Shown here: positions 13,930-22,640 of the stretch, piece after piece
Position numbering within the stretch: position 1 is the stretch's first letter
Layout: the number at the start of each line of letters is the position of its first letter
NCBI GenBank assembly: GCA_002269645.1
Contig: NIVC01001980.1
Coordinates: 62,001 to 126,000 of the forward strand
Direction: 5' to 3'
Origin: Macrostomum lignano
Lineage: Eukaryota
Length of the DNA: 64,000 nt
The notes under the pieces: generated by a model
Databases searched by the model: none
What the model was told of the DNA's origin: nothing
What the model saw: only the letters and a program-made list of their open reading frames with translations
Made by a program: the position numbers and the translations under genes

Positions 13930-14308
13930 GGGTCTCCCTAAAACACGCACCGCCCCGCCCCACAGCGCTACACGTTAAAACAAATTGGACTATAGCTGAA
14001 GACAGTTCAAAATATGTTTTATGTTAAGCTTCAAGCTTTTATTAAATTTAGTTTTTTTACTTTGAAATATTAAATTCGGTGTATAATAAGTTATATTTAT
14101 AATAATATTAATAAAATAATAATAATATAATTTAATAATGCAAACGTGAATATGAAAAATAATAATAATATTTAAGGTAATAATTAAATTTAGTTATTCT
14201 GTTACTCTTACAACAAATAGTTTTCTTTGCAATCAAAATACTGCATTGACAAAAAATGTTATAATGTGTAGCGGTCGGGGCGGTGCGGTGCGTGTTTTAG
14301 GGAGACCC
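13930..14308. mobile_element. Mutator-like MITE with 9-bp TSD
   Basis: TIRs gggtctccctaaaacacgcaccgc / gcggtgcgtgttttagggagaccc. TSD TAACGGAAT at 13921-13929 and 14309-14317. Confidence 0.85.
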
Positions 14309-14621
14309 TAACGGAATGGTCTAATTTGACAATCAGACACGTTTTAACAATTCCTTTGATTCATGATTTTTTGAAAGCTAGAACTCAGTCTGATTTAACT
14401 AAATCAAACAAACAATCAAAAAGCTACAACTACATACATAATTACTACTGTAATAAACCACCTGTTGAGAAGTTATCGTTTGTAACTTTTCAAATTCAAC
14501 CTTTCCGCGACATTTTTGTAAAGAATCAGTCATCATCTCACTCTTCTCATAGCAAATCAAGCAAGCCTCAGGGTAGAGTATACGTTAATAGTTTTGCCCA
14601 GTTTGTTACCTTTTTTCGGTA

Positions 14622-17600
14622 ATGTCTCTACAGTTTGCTCTTGAATTAGCTCGGTCTGCTGGCGAGGTATGTTTTTAAAGGGGATTTAGCTTTCGCTTTT
14701 ATAGTATGAAAACATCGCGTCGGTTTTAGTATTAGGATTTTAGCAGTACACTTTCCAACGCGTACTTACTCTGCTCTTAATTTTTTTAGATTGCAACACT
14801 AATATGTTAATTAATTACTTCGCTATTTTTTAGATCATTAAAGAAGGCTACTTTAAACAAAAGGTTATTAGTCAAAAATGCTCGATTGCTGATTTGGTGA
14901 CAGAAACTGATACAAAGGTTGAGAATTTCGTTCAGAAGAAGATATCGGAGCAATTTCCCACGCATGAGTAAGATATTTTGAGGACTATAGCATCTTTCTT
15001 TAATTTTCATATTTTATGCTCCATTATTTCATTGTTTCATACACATTATTAGTTTTAAGCTCATATTTTCTCCCCTTTGTTATAGGTTCATAGGAGAAGA
15101 ATCCGTGTCTAATGGAGCTAAAATTAGTTTCACTGATTCTCCAACTTGGATAATTGACCCCGTCGATGGAACTTCAAATTTTGTTCATCGTTTCCCCTTC
15201 TGTTGTATTTCTATTGCATATGCAGAGAAAAAGAAGGTAAATTTTAAATTTCAGTTTTAATGCTATTTTAATAATATGAGTTAATAAAACTATTTAGCCA
15301 ACAGGGCCAAAAGCAGCAAGAGGGAAGGCACAGGCGTGGCGACAAAGGCAGCGGACGAAACGAGTCCTGCGATAGCGAATATATTTTAGGATTTGAGGCG
15401 ATTAAAAGGGAAGTCACGAAGCAACGGAATAAAAGCATTACAAGAAAATTAATAAAAAAAAATTTTACGAGCCAAAGCGCTCTCGCAGCGCGCACGAGAG
15501 AGCGTGAGCGCACAAATAAAAGGGGGCCGACGCCGCCCACCCCCAACCCAACACCCCGCCTGCCGGCCGGCACCCACCCAGCACCCCACCTTGCGGCAGG
15601 GATGCACACGCGCGGGCCGCACGCACAGACGGGCGGAGGGAGCGGCCCCGTCGGCTAAACACGATTACAGAGCAGGTTAAAACCGGCCCCTGAAATCGCA
15701 ACCTTAGCCAACAGGGCCAAAAGCAGCAAGAGGGAAGGCACAGGCGTGGCGACAAAGGCAGCGGACGAAACGAGTCCAAAAATCCCAAACCAGGGAGGAG
15801 GTCACGCTGAGGGGAGGAGTGAAGCCAGGCGCAGCGGCGCACCGCGCTCAACCGAAGGCGGTAGGTACCGCTCTACAGCGCTGCTTGCCCAGTCACCGAC
15901 TCGCATGATTGAATCGATGGGGATGCCGGCCTCCGCCGCGGATGTAGCGCCACCTCGACGCAACGAGTGCCCAGAGAACCTGGCTGGCTCGGCGAACCCG
16001 GCCTGTCGAAGTGCCGCGGACAGGCGCCTCGCGAAGGTGCGCGCGGTGAGCGGTGCGGTGGACCGTCTGGTTCGGGTACTGAACAAGTGATGCTGGGCGT
16101 CCTGCGGTCGGTTAATGCGCAGCTGCTTCTGGAGCGCGGTGACCGGGCAGAGTGGATGTCCGTCTGGGAGCTGCGGCAAGAAAACTCGGTGCTGGCGCGC
16201 CCCGAACTGGTTGGTCTTCGACCTCGGAATGACGAGGATGACGCCCGCCCTTGACGGCCGGATGCAGCTCGCACTGAGGTCTCGCTGCGGATCGAACCGG
16301 CCGGATACGCACAGGTTGGCTCGCCGTAGCATGGCCCACCAGCCCACGATGCAGGCGCACCAGAATGCGCAGTCCCTGGGCTCTTCAGGTCGCAGCACGC
16401 CGTGCAGCCGCTGCAGGTCGGCCGGCCGCAACGCTCGTTTGCTCCTTGGGGCGGCGCCGAGGAGCCGGCGGGCGCCGCGCAGGGCAAGCTGAACCAGTGG
16501 CTGCCTCGTCGGGTCAGCCACGCTGTTTGATTTGTAGAGCCAAGACACGGCGGCGAGGTGGCAGGATAGGCTGCTGACTGAGAACAGCCGGTTGTTCGCC
16601 AGCTCCGCCAGGTAGTTGCACACGTCGGCGGGCTGCGCTGACAGCGGTTGAAGTCTGTGGGCGGCGCAGAATCGCATCCAGGACGCGCACTGGCTGGCGT
16701 AGGCGGAGCGAGTTGAGCTGGCGAAGCCTTGGCTGAGCAGTCGACGTGCCGGTGCGGAGAGGCCGGGACCCGGGACCACAGGAGGCGGACCTGAAACAGA
16801 AGGTGGGAGGCAGCGGCAGAGCTCAAGCAAGCGGAGGCAAGCAAGCTGGTTGGCACATAGCAGGTGCCATAGAAGCGAAACAGAAAGTTGGCAAGCTGGC
16901 TGGGGTCATGCGCTCTGGACAGCGGGTCTGCGAGCAGCTGGAAGCGGCCAGGCACATGGTGCGCGCGGACGATGATGTCGCGTTGAATGCAGGTCAGGGC
17001 GACGCGCTTCTGCAGGTCGGCAATACCTTGGTGCTTGGCGGAACCCGAGTTAATGATGCCGCAGGCGGCGGTGCTGTCAGTGTAGACTGCAACCGAGCAG
17101 CCGCTGAAGGCTTCTTGGTGCTGCAGAATCGCAACCAGCGGGGCGGCGCACTCCTTGAGGTTGATGTGCAGCTCCTTGAACGCGCCATCACAGTCGGACT
17201 GCCAGTCGATGTAGAGCCAAACCGGTTCTCTGTCGACGAAATGCAGCACAGCACCGCCTCCAATGTCACAGGCGTCAGACTCAATCGCTCCAGCCGGCCG
17301 ACGCGAGGGCCAGGCAGCTCTAGGCGGCAGCGTGCTCAACGCGGTCATCCACCACCTCAGCTGCGACTGGAGCTCCTCCGTGACGCCGACCCTGTCGGAC
17401 GGATGCGCCAGGCTGTTGACCAGCTCGATCAGCGGCCGCAGGAAAGTTCGCCCGTGCTGGGCGGCAGTGCACAAGTGGCTGAGGTGCCCGAGCAGCTTCT
17501 GCAGTTCCGCCTTGCACAGGCTCCTCCGCGAGAGGCAGGTGTCAAGGAGAAGCTGAAGCTTTTCGGCTTTGTCGGCTGGGAAGGAAAGACTGGCTTGCAC

Positions 17601-20600
17601 GGTGTCGATGTCAATGCCGAGGAATCGCAGCTTTGTCGTCGGCGGCACCGACTTTTTCTCGTTGATGGTGAAGCCAAGCCTGGTGAGCAGGTTGCGCAGC
17701 TCGTGGTAGGCCCTGTCACACTCGGCTTTCGTCCTGGCCATGACGAGGAAGTCATCGATGAAAACGACGGTTGCCAGGAACCCCTTGCGACACATCATTC
17801 GCCGGGCCGCTTGCGTGAGGCGATGGAAAATGCTGACGGAGGCTCTGCTGCCGAATGGTAACCGCGTATCCACCAGGAAGGTTGAGCAGCCATTGCCGAA
17901 GTCCCAGTGGATGCCGGTGGCTTGGTAGCACTGCGGAGAAATTGGCACGCTGCGGTAGGCTGACGCGATGTCCACCTTTGCCATAAACCAGCCGGGCTGC
18001 ATCATCCTGACGGCCTCGTCGACGGAGGTGAAGCGGAGACGCCGTTGTTGGGCATAGTGATCGTTCAGGCTGCAGCCGCGAGGGACGGAGCAATCATGGA
18101 TTAGCCGGATGCCGGAGCTGTCTTTCGGAATGGCTCCCAGCGGACAGACCATCGCAGGCTTGTCCACGACTGGGACGTACCTCCCGAGCCGGATTTCTTC
18201 ACCGATAACAGCTTGGACTTGGTCGCGATTCCGGTTGACGGACTGGTAGTTGCTGCAGAGACACGGCGTAAAGTCGAAGTCATCGACAATGGAGAAGCCG
18301 CTCTCGATGCCGTCGAGAATAAAATCAGCGTCGGGGTCGCCCACAAGCTCGGAGCGCCAGGCGTCGATGCAGAGATCGCCCACTGGCTGCGTCAGATCGG
18401 ACATCCGCACTGGAGGCTTGACGATGCAGGGCACGGGAGCGGGCTGAGCGAGGCAGTTAAAAGCAGGAGGGGTAAAATCGGTTTCGCGCGCCGTGTCGGC
18501 GCGCTTGCTCAGTTTTTTGCGTGATTTTGCTCGGAGTGGCTGCCCTCACAGATTCGGCAGGCATGGAGGAATCGGCAGTTGCTCCTCATGCAGCCGTTGG
18601 TGCTGTTGAAGGACAAGCACAGCTCGCGGCCTGAGGATGTCCGCGGACCCATGACGCGGCTCTTGTTGCTAGGCTGGTTTCGCTTGGCTGTCTGATTGTA
18701 CTGGTCCGTCTTAATGCTGAGCAGGTGCCTGATCGACATCTGGGCGCAGTCTTTGCCCCAGCGAAGGCTGTTGGCTGCGCGGTGCTGGCGGTAGTCATGG
18801 TCGAATCTGATCACCCGGTGCGCTGGGAATCTGTCGAATAGCTCGGCCACCTGGACATTGTACTGGGCGTAATCTTTGACTTGCTCAGTTGTGCTGTACA
18901 CTTGGCCCTTGCTGGTCAGCTGCGGCGCTGTGTCTTCAAGTATCTGAAGCAGGACCTTCATACTGCCGGCGAACCACTGCCCAATTGTCATGCCGTCCAG
19001 CTTGGTCGTCGACTTCTTGAGCACGAGGCCGCCAGAGCTGCCCCTGGTGAGCAGCTCGTCAGCCTGGCCTGACAGATCATCGACAAAGTCTCTGACGAGT
19101 AGACACGGCTGCCCGACCGGCCGGGGGTTGGCTCTAGCGCTGACGGGGCCTGTTGGGTTGATAAGTTCAGCGAAAAGATTCTGCTGCTCACCTGATTCTG
19201 TACGAGCAGTCACGACGGCGCGTTCACGAAGCTCTCGTTCGCGTGTTTGAAGCTCTAGGAGCTGCAGCCGTTTCTGCGCCCGCCGAATCTCGCCGTCCAG
19301 GTCCGCCTCCCGTGGGTCCCGGCCTTGGTCTTGGAGCTCCTCCTGCGCACAGGGCGATGCCGATGCCGATGTCAATGCCGATGTCCCGCCGTCTTGAAGC
19401 TGTGACTGCCCCTCGTGTTGTCTCAGTCTGGCTTGCAAGGCCGACTTATTGCCTGCGGTTGAGAGGCCTCGGCTACCCAGCTCACTCTTGAGTTGTTTGA
19501 CTGTTAGTCGGTCCACACGATGCATGATAGCCAGAGCCAGATAGTCGCAAAAAAATTTTACGAGCCAAAGCGCTCTCGCAGCGCGCACGAGAGAGCGTGA
19601 GCGCACAAATAAAAGGGGGCCGACGCCGCCCACCCCCAACCCAACACCCCCGCCTGCCGGCCGGCACCCAGCACCCCACCTTGCGGCAGGGATGCACACG
19701 CGCGGGCCGCACGCACAGACGGGCGGAGGGAGCGGCCCCGTCGGCTAAACACGATTACAGAGCAGGTTAAAACCGGCCCCTGAAATCGCAACCTTTAGTA
19801 ATACTTTTTCAGGTGGCTTTGGCTGTTGTTTACAATCCGATTCTTGATGAGATGTATCATGCTGAGCTTGGCAAAGGTGCATTCCTCAATGGTGCCAAGC
19901 TTTCTGTCAGTGATGCTCAAAGTAAGCAGCTTATTGCTTTATACTTTGTGTACTAATTTACGAGTATAAAGATATTTTTATTAACATAAAGATAAAGGCA
20001 TTGCTTATTTGTCTATGTTGAATTTTGAAATTAAACTAGTAGACAATTTTCTTGGCAAAAAGCAATTCATATTCAGTTGAGTTGAACTCGTTATCAGCCT
20101 GATACGCTAAAGTCTTTGTTCAATAGTCCTAAAATTGATTTGCTACATTTTACTGAATGCTTTGTGTGCTGGAGTTGGTCCAAATAATGAAGGAATCATT
20201 TCTGTTTTTTAATTAATACTGCACACTGTTTGCACAAATTTTAAAAGTCAAAAGTTATTTTAAGCAAAATTTCCTGTTTTTGCTTGCTTAGATCTCTCCA
20301 GCTCGATTCTGTGCTCCGAGTGGGGCTCCCAGCGGGATGCCACGATGGACACAAAGGTGCGCAACATGCACAAAGCCGTGCTGGCCTCTCGGGGCATTCG
20401 ATCCATCGGGTCTGCCGCCCTGTCCTGCTGCATGGTGGCCCGCGGCTCGGTGGAGTCATACTTCGAGTACGGCATTCACTGCTGGGATGTGGCAGCTGGC
20501 GAGCTCATCGTGCGAGAGGCTGGCGGCGTGTCCGCCTCGCCAGACGGTGAGAATTTTGCTAAAGTTTTTTTTCTAAATCTATTTGTCTTGCAGATTTCAA

Positions 20601-21529
20601 AACTGCACAAGCCTTGCGAGTGAATGCTTGATGATAGCGTTTGGTGACTTGGTAATTCGCGGCATATATTTGGTTTGGTTAAATTTAACTAGAATAGCAA
20701 ATGTAACTGAATTATATAAAACGAATGGGGGCCAATAGGCTAATTAAGGTCAATTATAATGAGCCATTGCATGATTAATGACTTATCTGGCTGAATAGCC
20801 CGATGGTGTTTAAAGAATTTTTGTAGTTGAATATTTATAGTGTATCAATTAAGCCAGCATATGTAATTAGACGATTTCAAATATTGTCAGCAGAGGCTGG
20901 GGCGTGGCTGCAGACTGGCTACGGCGCTGAGATTCAGAAATCCTCACCCGGAATCTCTACCCCCCCCCCCGATACGTTCACTCTGGCTCCAACTTTATAC
21001 ATAGCCTCGGGAAATGCGCATATGCACTCGTATTGCACACAGACTGGGTTTATCAGCTTGTAGAACTTTTTCTATTAGGCGCATAAATTATCCTAATCCG
21101 GCTGCTGGCAGACACGAGCCTGCAGTTGCGGAGTAGTGGCCGATCCATTTTCTGGCTGTCTGGGGAATTGGGCTGCCAATAGCCAGGTCTCATCTCGTCC
21201 GTGTTGGAATTTTTTTCGAGGACTAAAAAACAGACAAAAATCGCTCCAGTTCTACTAATCCTCTTTAAATACGCCTAATCCGCACTGCAGAATATAGATT
21301 TAGACTACTATTGGCCAACGTTACATGTTGGGGAGAGCAGTAGTATCAATGGGACAATGTCAATATTTTATGAAATCGATTTCGAAACAATGTCGCCCCT
21401 CCATCTGGGATAATTTTTGCAGGTAGCCCATTCGACCTGATGTCGCGTAGCGTTCTGGTCTCCTGCTGCCGACAGGTATTGGACGAGACCAGCGCCTGCA
21501 TTGAGCGCATTCCGTTTGATCGCGAGTGA
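14622..21529 (+). CDS. IMPA: Inositol monophosphatase (IMPA1/2 family)
   Basis: Exons 14622-14666, 14834-14967, 15086-15236, 19813-19921, 20292-20546, 21423-21529 are phase-consistent. Motifs [47 protein letters not shown]. The first exon/start is less certain. Confidence 0.93.
15294..15367 (-). repeat. Ngaro repeat B2 (74 bp)
   Basis: Identical by eye to 15704-15777. Confidence 0.95.
15456..15703 (-). repeat. Ngaro repeat A2
   Basis: Matches 19549-19793 apart from a 1-bp C-run indel and a 4-bp CACC indel. Confidence 0.95.
15704..15777 (-). repeat. Ngaro repeat B1
   Basis: Directly abuts A2, giving a B1-A2 junction that mimics the circle junction. Confidence 0.95.
15802..16830 (-). CDS. 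Tyrosine recombinase (N-terminal core-binding domain + catalytic domain)
   Basis: STRSAY...FC N-terminal helix, catalytic R (AMLRRANL), [27 protein letters not shown]. Confidence 0.93.
   Translation of the reverse strand: MLELCRCLPPSVSGPPPVVPGPGLSAPARRLLSQGFASSTRSAYASQCASWMRFCAAHRLQPLSAQPADVCNYLAELANNRLFSVSSLSCHLAAVSWLYKSNSVADPTRQPLVQLALRGARRLLGAAPRSKRALRPADLQRLHGVLRPEEPRDCAFWCACIVGWWAMLRRANLCVSGRFDPQRDLSASCIRPSRAGVILVIPRSKTNQFGARQHRVFLPQLPDGHPLCPVTALQKQLRINRPQDAQHHLFSTRTRRSTAPLTARTFARRLSAALRQAGFAEPARFSGHSLRRGGATSAAEAGIPIDSIMRVGDWASSAVERYLPPSVERGAPLRLASLLPSA
15873..18434 (-). CDS. DIRS-type reverse transcriptase + RNase H with a long C-terminal tail overlapping YR
   Basis: [32 protein letters not shown]. 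RNase H motifs [24 protein letters not shown]. The frame is open upstream to at least 18521, across the gag stop. Confidence 0.93.
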   Translation of the reverse strand: MPCIVKPPVRMSDLTQPVGDLCIDAWRSELVGDPDADFILDGIESGFSIVDDFDFTPCLCSNYQSVNRNRDQVQAVIGEEIRLGRYVPVVDKPAMVCPLGAIPKDSSGIRLIHDCSVPRGCSLNDHYAQQRRLRFTSVDEAVRMMQPGWFMAKVDIASAYRSVPISPQCYQATGIHWDFGNGCSTFLVDTRLPFGSRASVSIFHRLTQAARRMMCRKGFLATVVFIDDFLVMARTKAECDRAYHELRNLLTRLGFTINEKKSVPPTTKLRFLGIDIDTVQASLSFPADKAEKLQLLLDTCLSRRSLCKAELQKLLGHLSHLCTAAQHGRTFLRPLIELVNSLAHPSDRVGVTEELQSQLRWWMTALSTLPPRAAWPSRRPAGAIESDACDIGGGAVLHFVDREPVWLYIDWQSDCDGAFKELHINLKECAAPLVAILQHQEAFSGCSVAVYTDSTAACGIINSGSAKHQGIADLQKRVALTCIQRDIIVRAHHVPGRFQLLADPLSRAHDPSQLANFLFRFYGTCYVPTSLLASACLSSAAASHLLFQVRLLWSRVPASPHRHVDCSAKASPAQLAPPTPASARPGCDSAPPTDFNRCQRSPPTCATTWRSWRTTGCSQSAAYPATSPPCLGSTNQTAWLTRRGSHWFSLPCAAPAGSSAPPQGANERCGRPTCSGCTACCDLKSPGTAHSGAPASWAGGPCYGEPTCAYPAGSIRSETSVRAASGRQGRASSSSFRGRRPTSSGRASTEFSCRSSQTDIHSARSPRSRSSCALTDRRTPSITCSVPEPDGPPHRSPRAPSRGACPRHFDRPGSPSQPGSLGTRCVEVALHPRRRPASPSIQSCESVTGQAAL
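18486..18518 (-). promoter_or_regulatory. Putative -1 programmed ribosomal frameshift signal
   Basis: A_AAA_AAC (18518-18512) in the gag frame just before TGA, 7-nt spacer, GCGCGCCG-ACA-CGGCGCGC hairpin (18504-18486). The RT frame is -1. Confidence 0.7.
18509..19525 (-). CDS. Gag-like ORF1 (338 aa) with N-terminal SAP domain, coiled coil and C-terminal Cys/His fingers
   Basis: ATG at 19525. [35 protein letters not shown] fits SAP. C-terminus [28 protein letters not shown]. Confidence 0.85.
   Translation of the reverse strand: MHRVDRLTVKQLKSELGSRGLSTAGNKSALQARLRQHEGQSQLQDGGTSALTSASASPCAQEELQDQGRDPREADLDGEIRRAQKRLQLLELQTRERELRERAVVTARTESGEQQNLFAELINPTGPVSARANPRPVGQPCLLVRDFVDDLSGQADELLTRGSSGGLVLKKSTTKLDGMTIGQWFAGSMKVLLQILEDTAPQLTSKGQVYSTTEQVKDYAQYNVQVAELFDRFPAHRVIRFDHDYRQHRAANSLRWGKDCAQMSIRHLLSIKTDQYNQTAKRNQPSNKSRVMGPRTSSGRELCLSFNSTNGCMRSNCRFLHACRICEGSHSEQNHAKN
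19549..19793 (-). repeat. Ngaro repeat A1 (5' end of the element)
   Basis: Copy of A2 at 15456-15703. Confidence 0.95.
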
Positions 21530-21669
21530 CTCTAAGGAAATCGTTTATGGCCCATTTATGACTATGATGTGAGAGAATAGGCCTGTTGCTTTTAGCTATT
21601 TTTAGTTCACCGTGTCCATATTGATTCTATTTAGTACACCAATAAGCTGTCTATTACACCATGATTCTA

Positions 21670-22341
21670 ACGGGTGTCCCAAAAGGGGGGTGGCACTTTG
21701 TGCGCTCACCGTGAGTGAGCAGTTGGGCCTATAGCACAGTAATTTAACAGGTCCACAGTAAACATTTGTAAGTTTTTCCCACAAACATTTGGTTGCGAAA
21801 AATTGCTCCAGAGGCGAGTTATTGAGCACAGAAGTGTACGCTAGCTTTTCTGCCAAGCTTTGCCATACACAGCTGCCATAGACAATCTTTTGCTTTAAAA
21901 AATCTTAAGGAGCATAGACTCTGAGACGGTGTGTGGTCAAATACCAGTTTATTTGAAAAATCGTTATTGATTTTTTGAGCTTGTAAGTGTACGCTAGCTT
22001 CTCTGCTAAGCTTTGCCATAGACGGAGGCCATAGACAATCTTTTGCGTAAGAAAAATGACAGAGCATGCAAAGACTCTGAGACTGATCTAACGTTAAAAT
22101 TTCTTAAATTTCTTATACGTTAAGATTGTCTATGGCAGCTGTGTATGGCAAAGCTTGGCAGAAAAGCTAGCGTACATTTCTGTGCTCAATAACTCGCCTC
22201 TGGAGAAATTTTTCGCAACCAAATGTTTGTGGGAAAAACTTACAAATGTTTACTGTGGACCTGTTAAATTACTGTGCTATAGGCCTAACTGCTCACTCAC
22301 AGTGAGCGCGCGGGGTGTTGCCCTTTTTTTGGGACACCCGT
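21670..22341. mobile_element. Non-autonomous Tc1/mariner-like element with ~220-bp TIRs and TA TSD
   Basis: ta|acgggtgtccc ... gggacacccgt|ta. 21670-21890 is mirrored by 22113-22341. Inserted into the 20-bp agtacacca minisatellite. Confidence 0.85.
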
Positions 22342-22343
22342 TA

Positions 22344-22640
22344 TTTAGTACACCAATATGCTGTCTAGTACACCAATATGCTGTCTAGTACACCATACGC
22401 TGTCTAGTACACCAATATGCTGTCTAGTACACCAATATGCTGTCTAGTACACCAATATGCTGTCTAGTACACCAATATGCTGTCTAGTACACCATGACGC
22501 TGTCTATAGTACACCATGACGCTGTTTAGTATACCATGACACTGTCTAGTACACCATGACGCTGTCTAGTACACCATGACGCTGTCTAGCACACCATGAC
22601 ACTGTCTAGTACACCATGACACTGTCTAGTACACCATGAC
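22344..22640. repeat. 20-bp minisatellite AGTACACCA(ATAT/TGAC)GCTGTCT
   Basis: About 14 tandem units, plus two units left of the TIR element (~21630-21665). Confidence 0.9.

Larger units (their letters stand above)
15293..19798 (-). mobile_element. Apparently intact Ngaro-type (DIRS order) tyrosine-recombinase retrotransposon in IMPA intron 3
   Basis: Split direct repeats in A1-gag-RT/RH-YR-B1-A2-B2 order. Three uninterrupted ORFs. TTTAG at both boundaries. Confidence 0.95.

Noticed and set aside
16746-17861. 371-aa plus-strand ORF and other antisense ORFs within the Ngaro element
   Set aside because: Shadow ORFs of GC-rich RT/YR coding sequence with no recognisable motifs.
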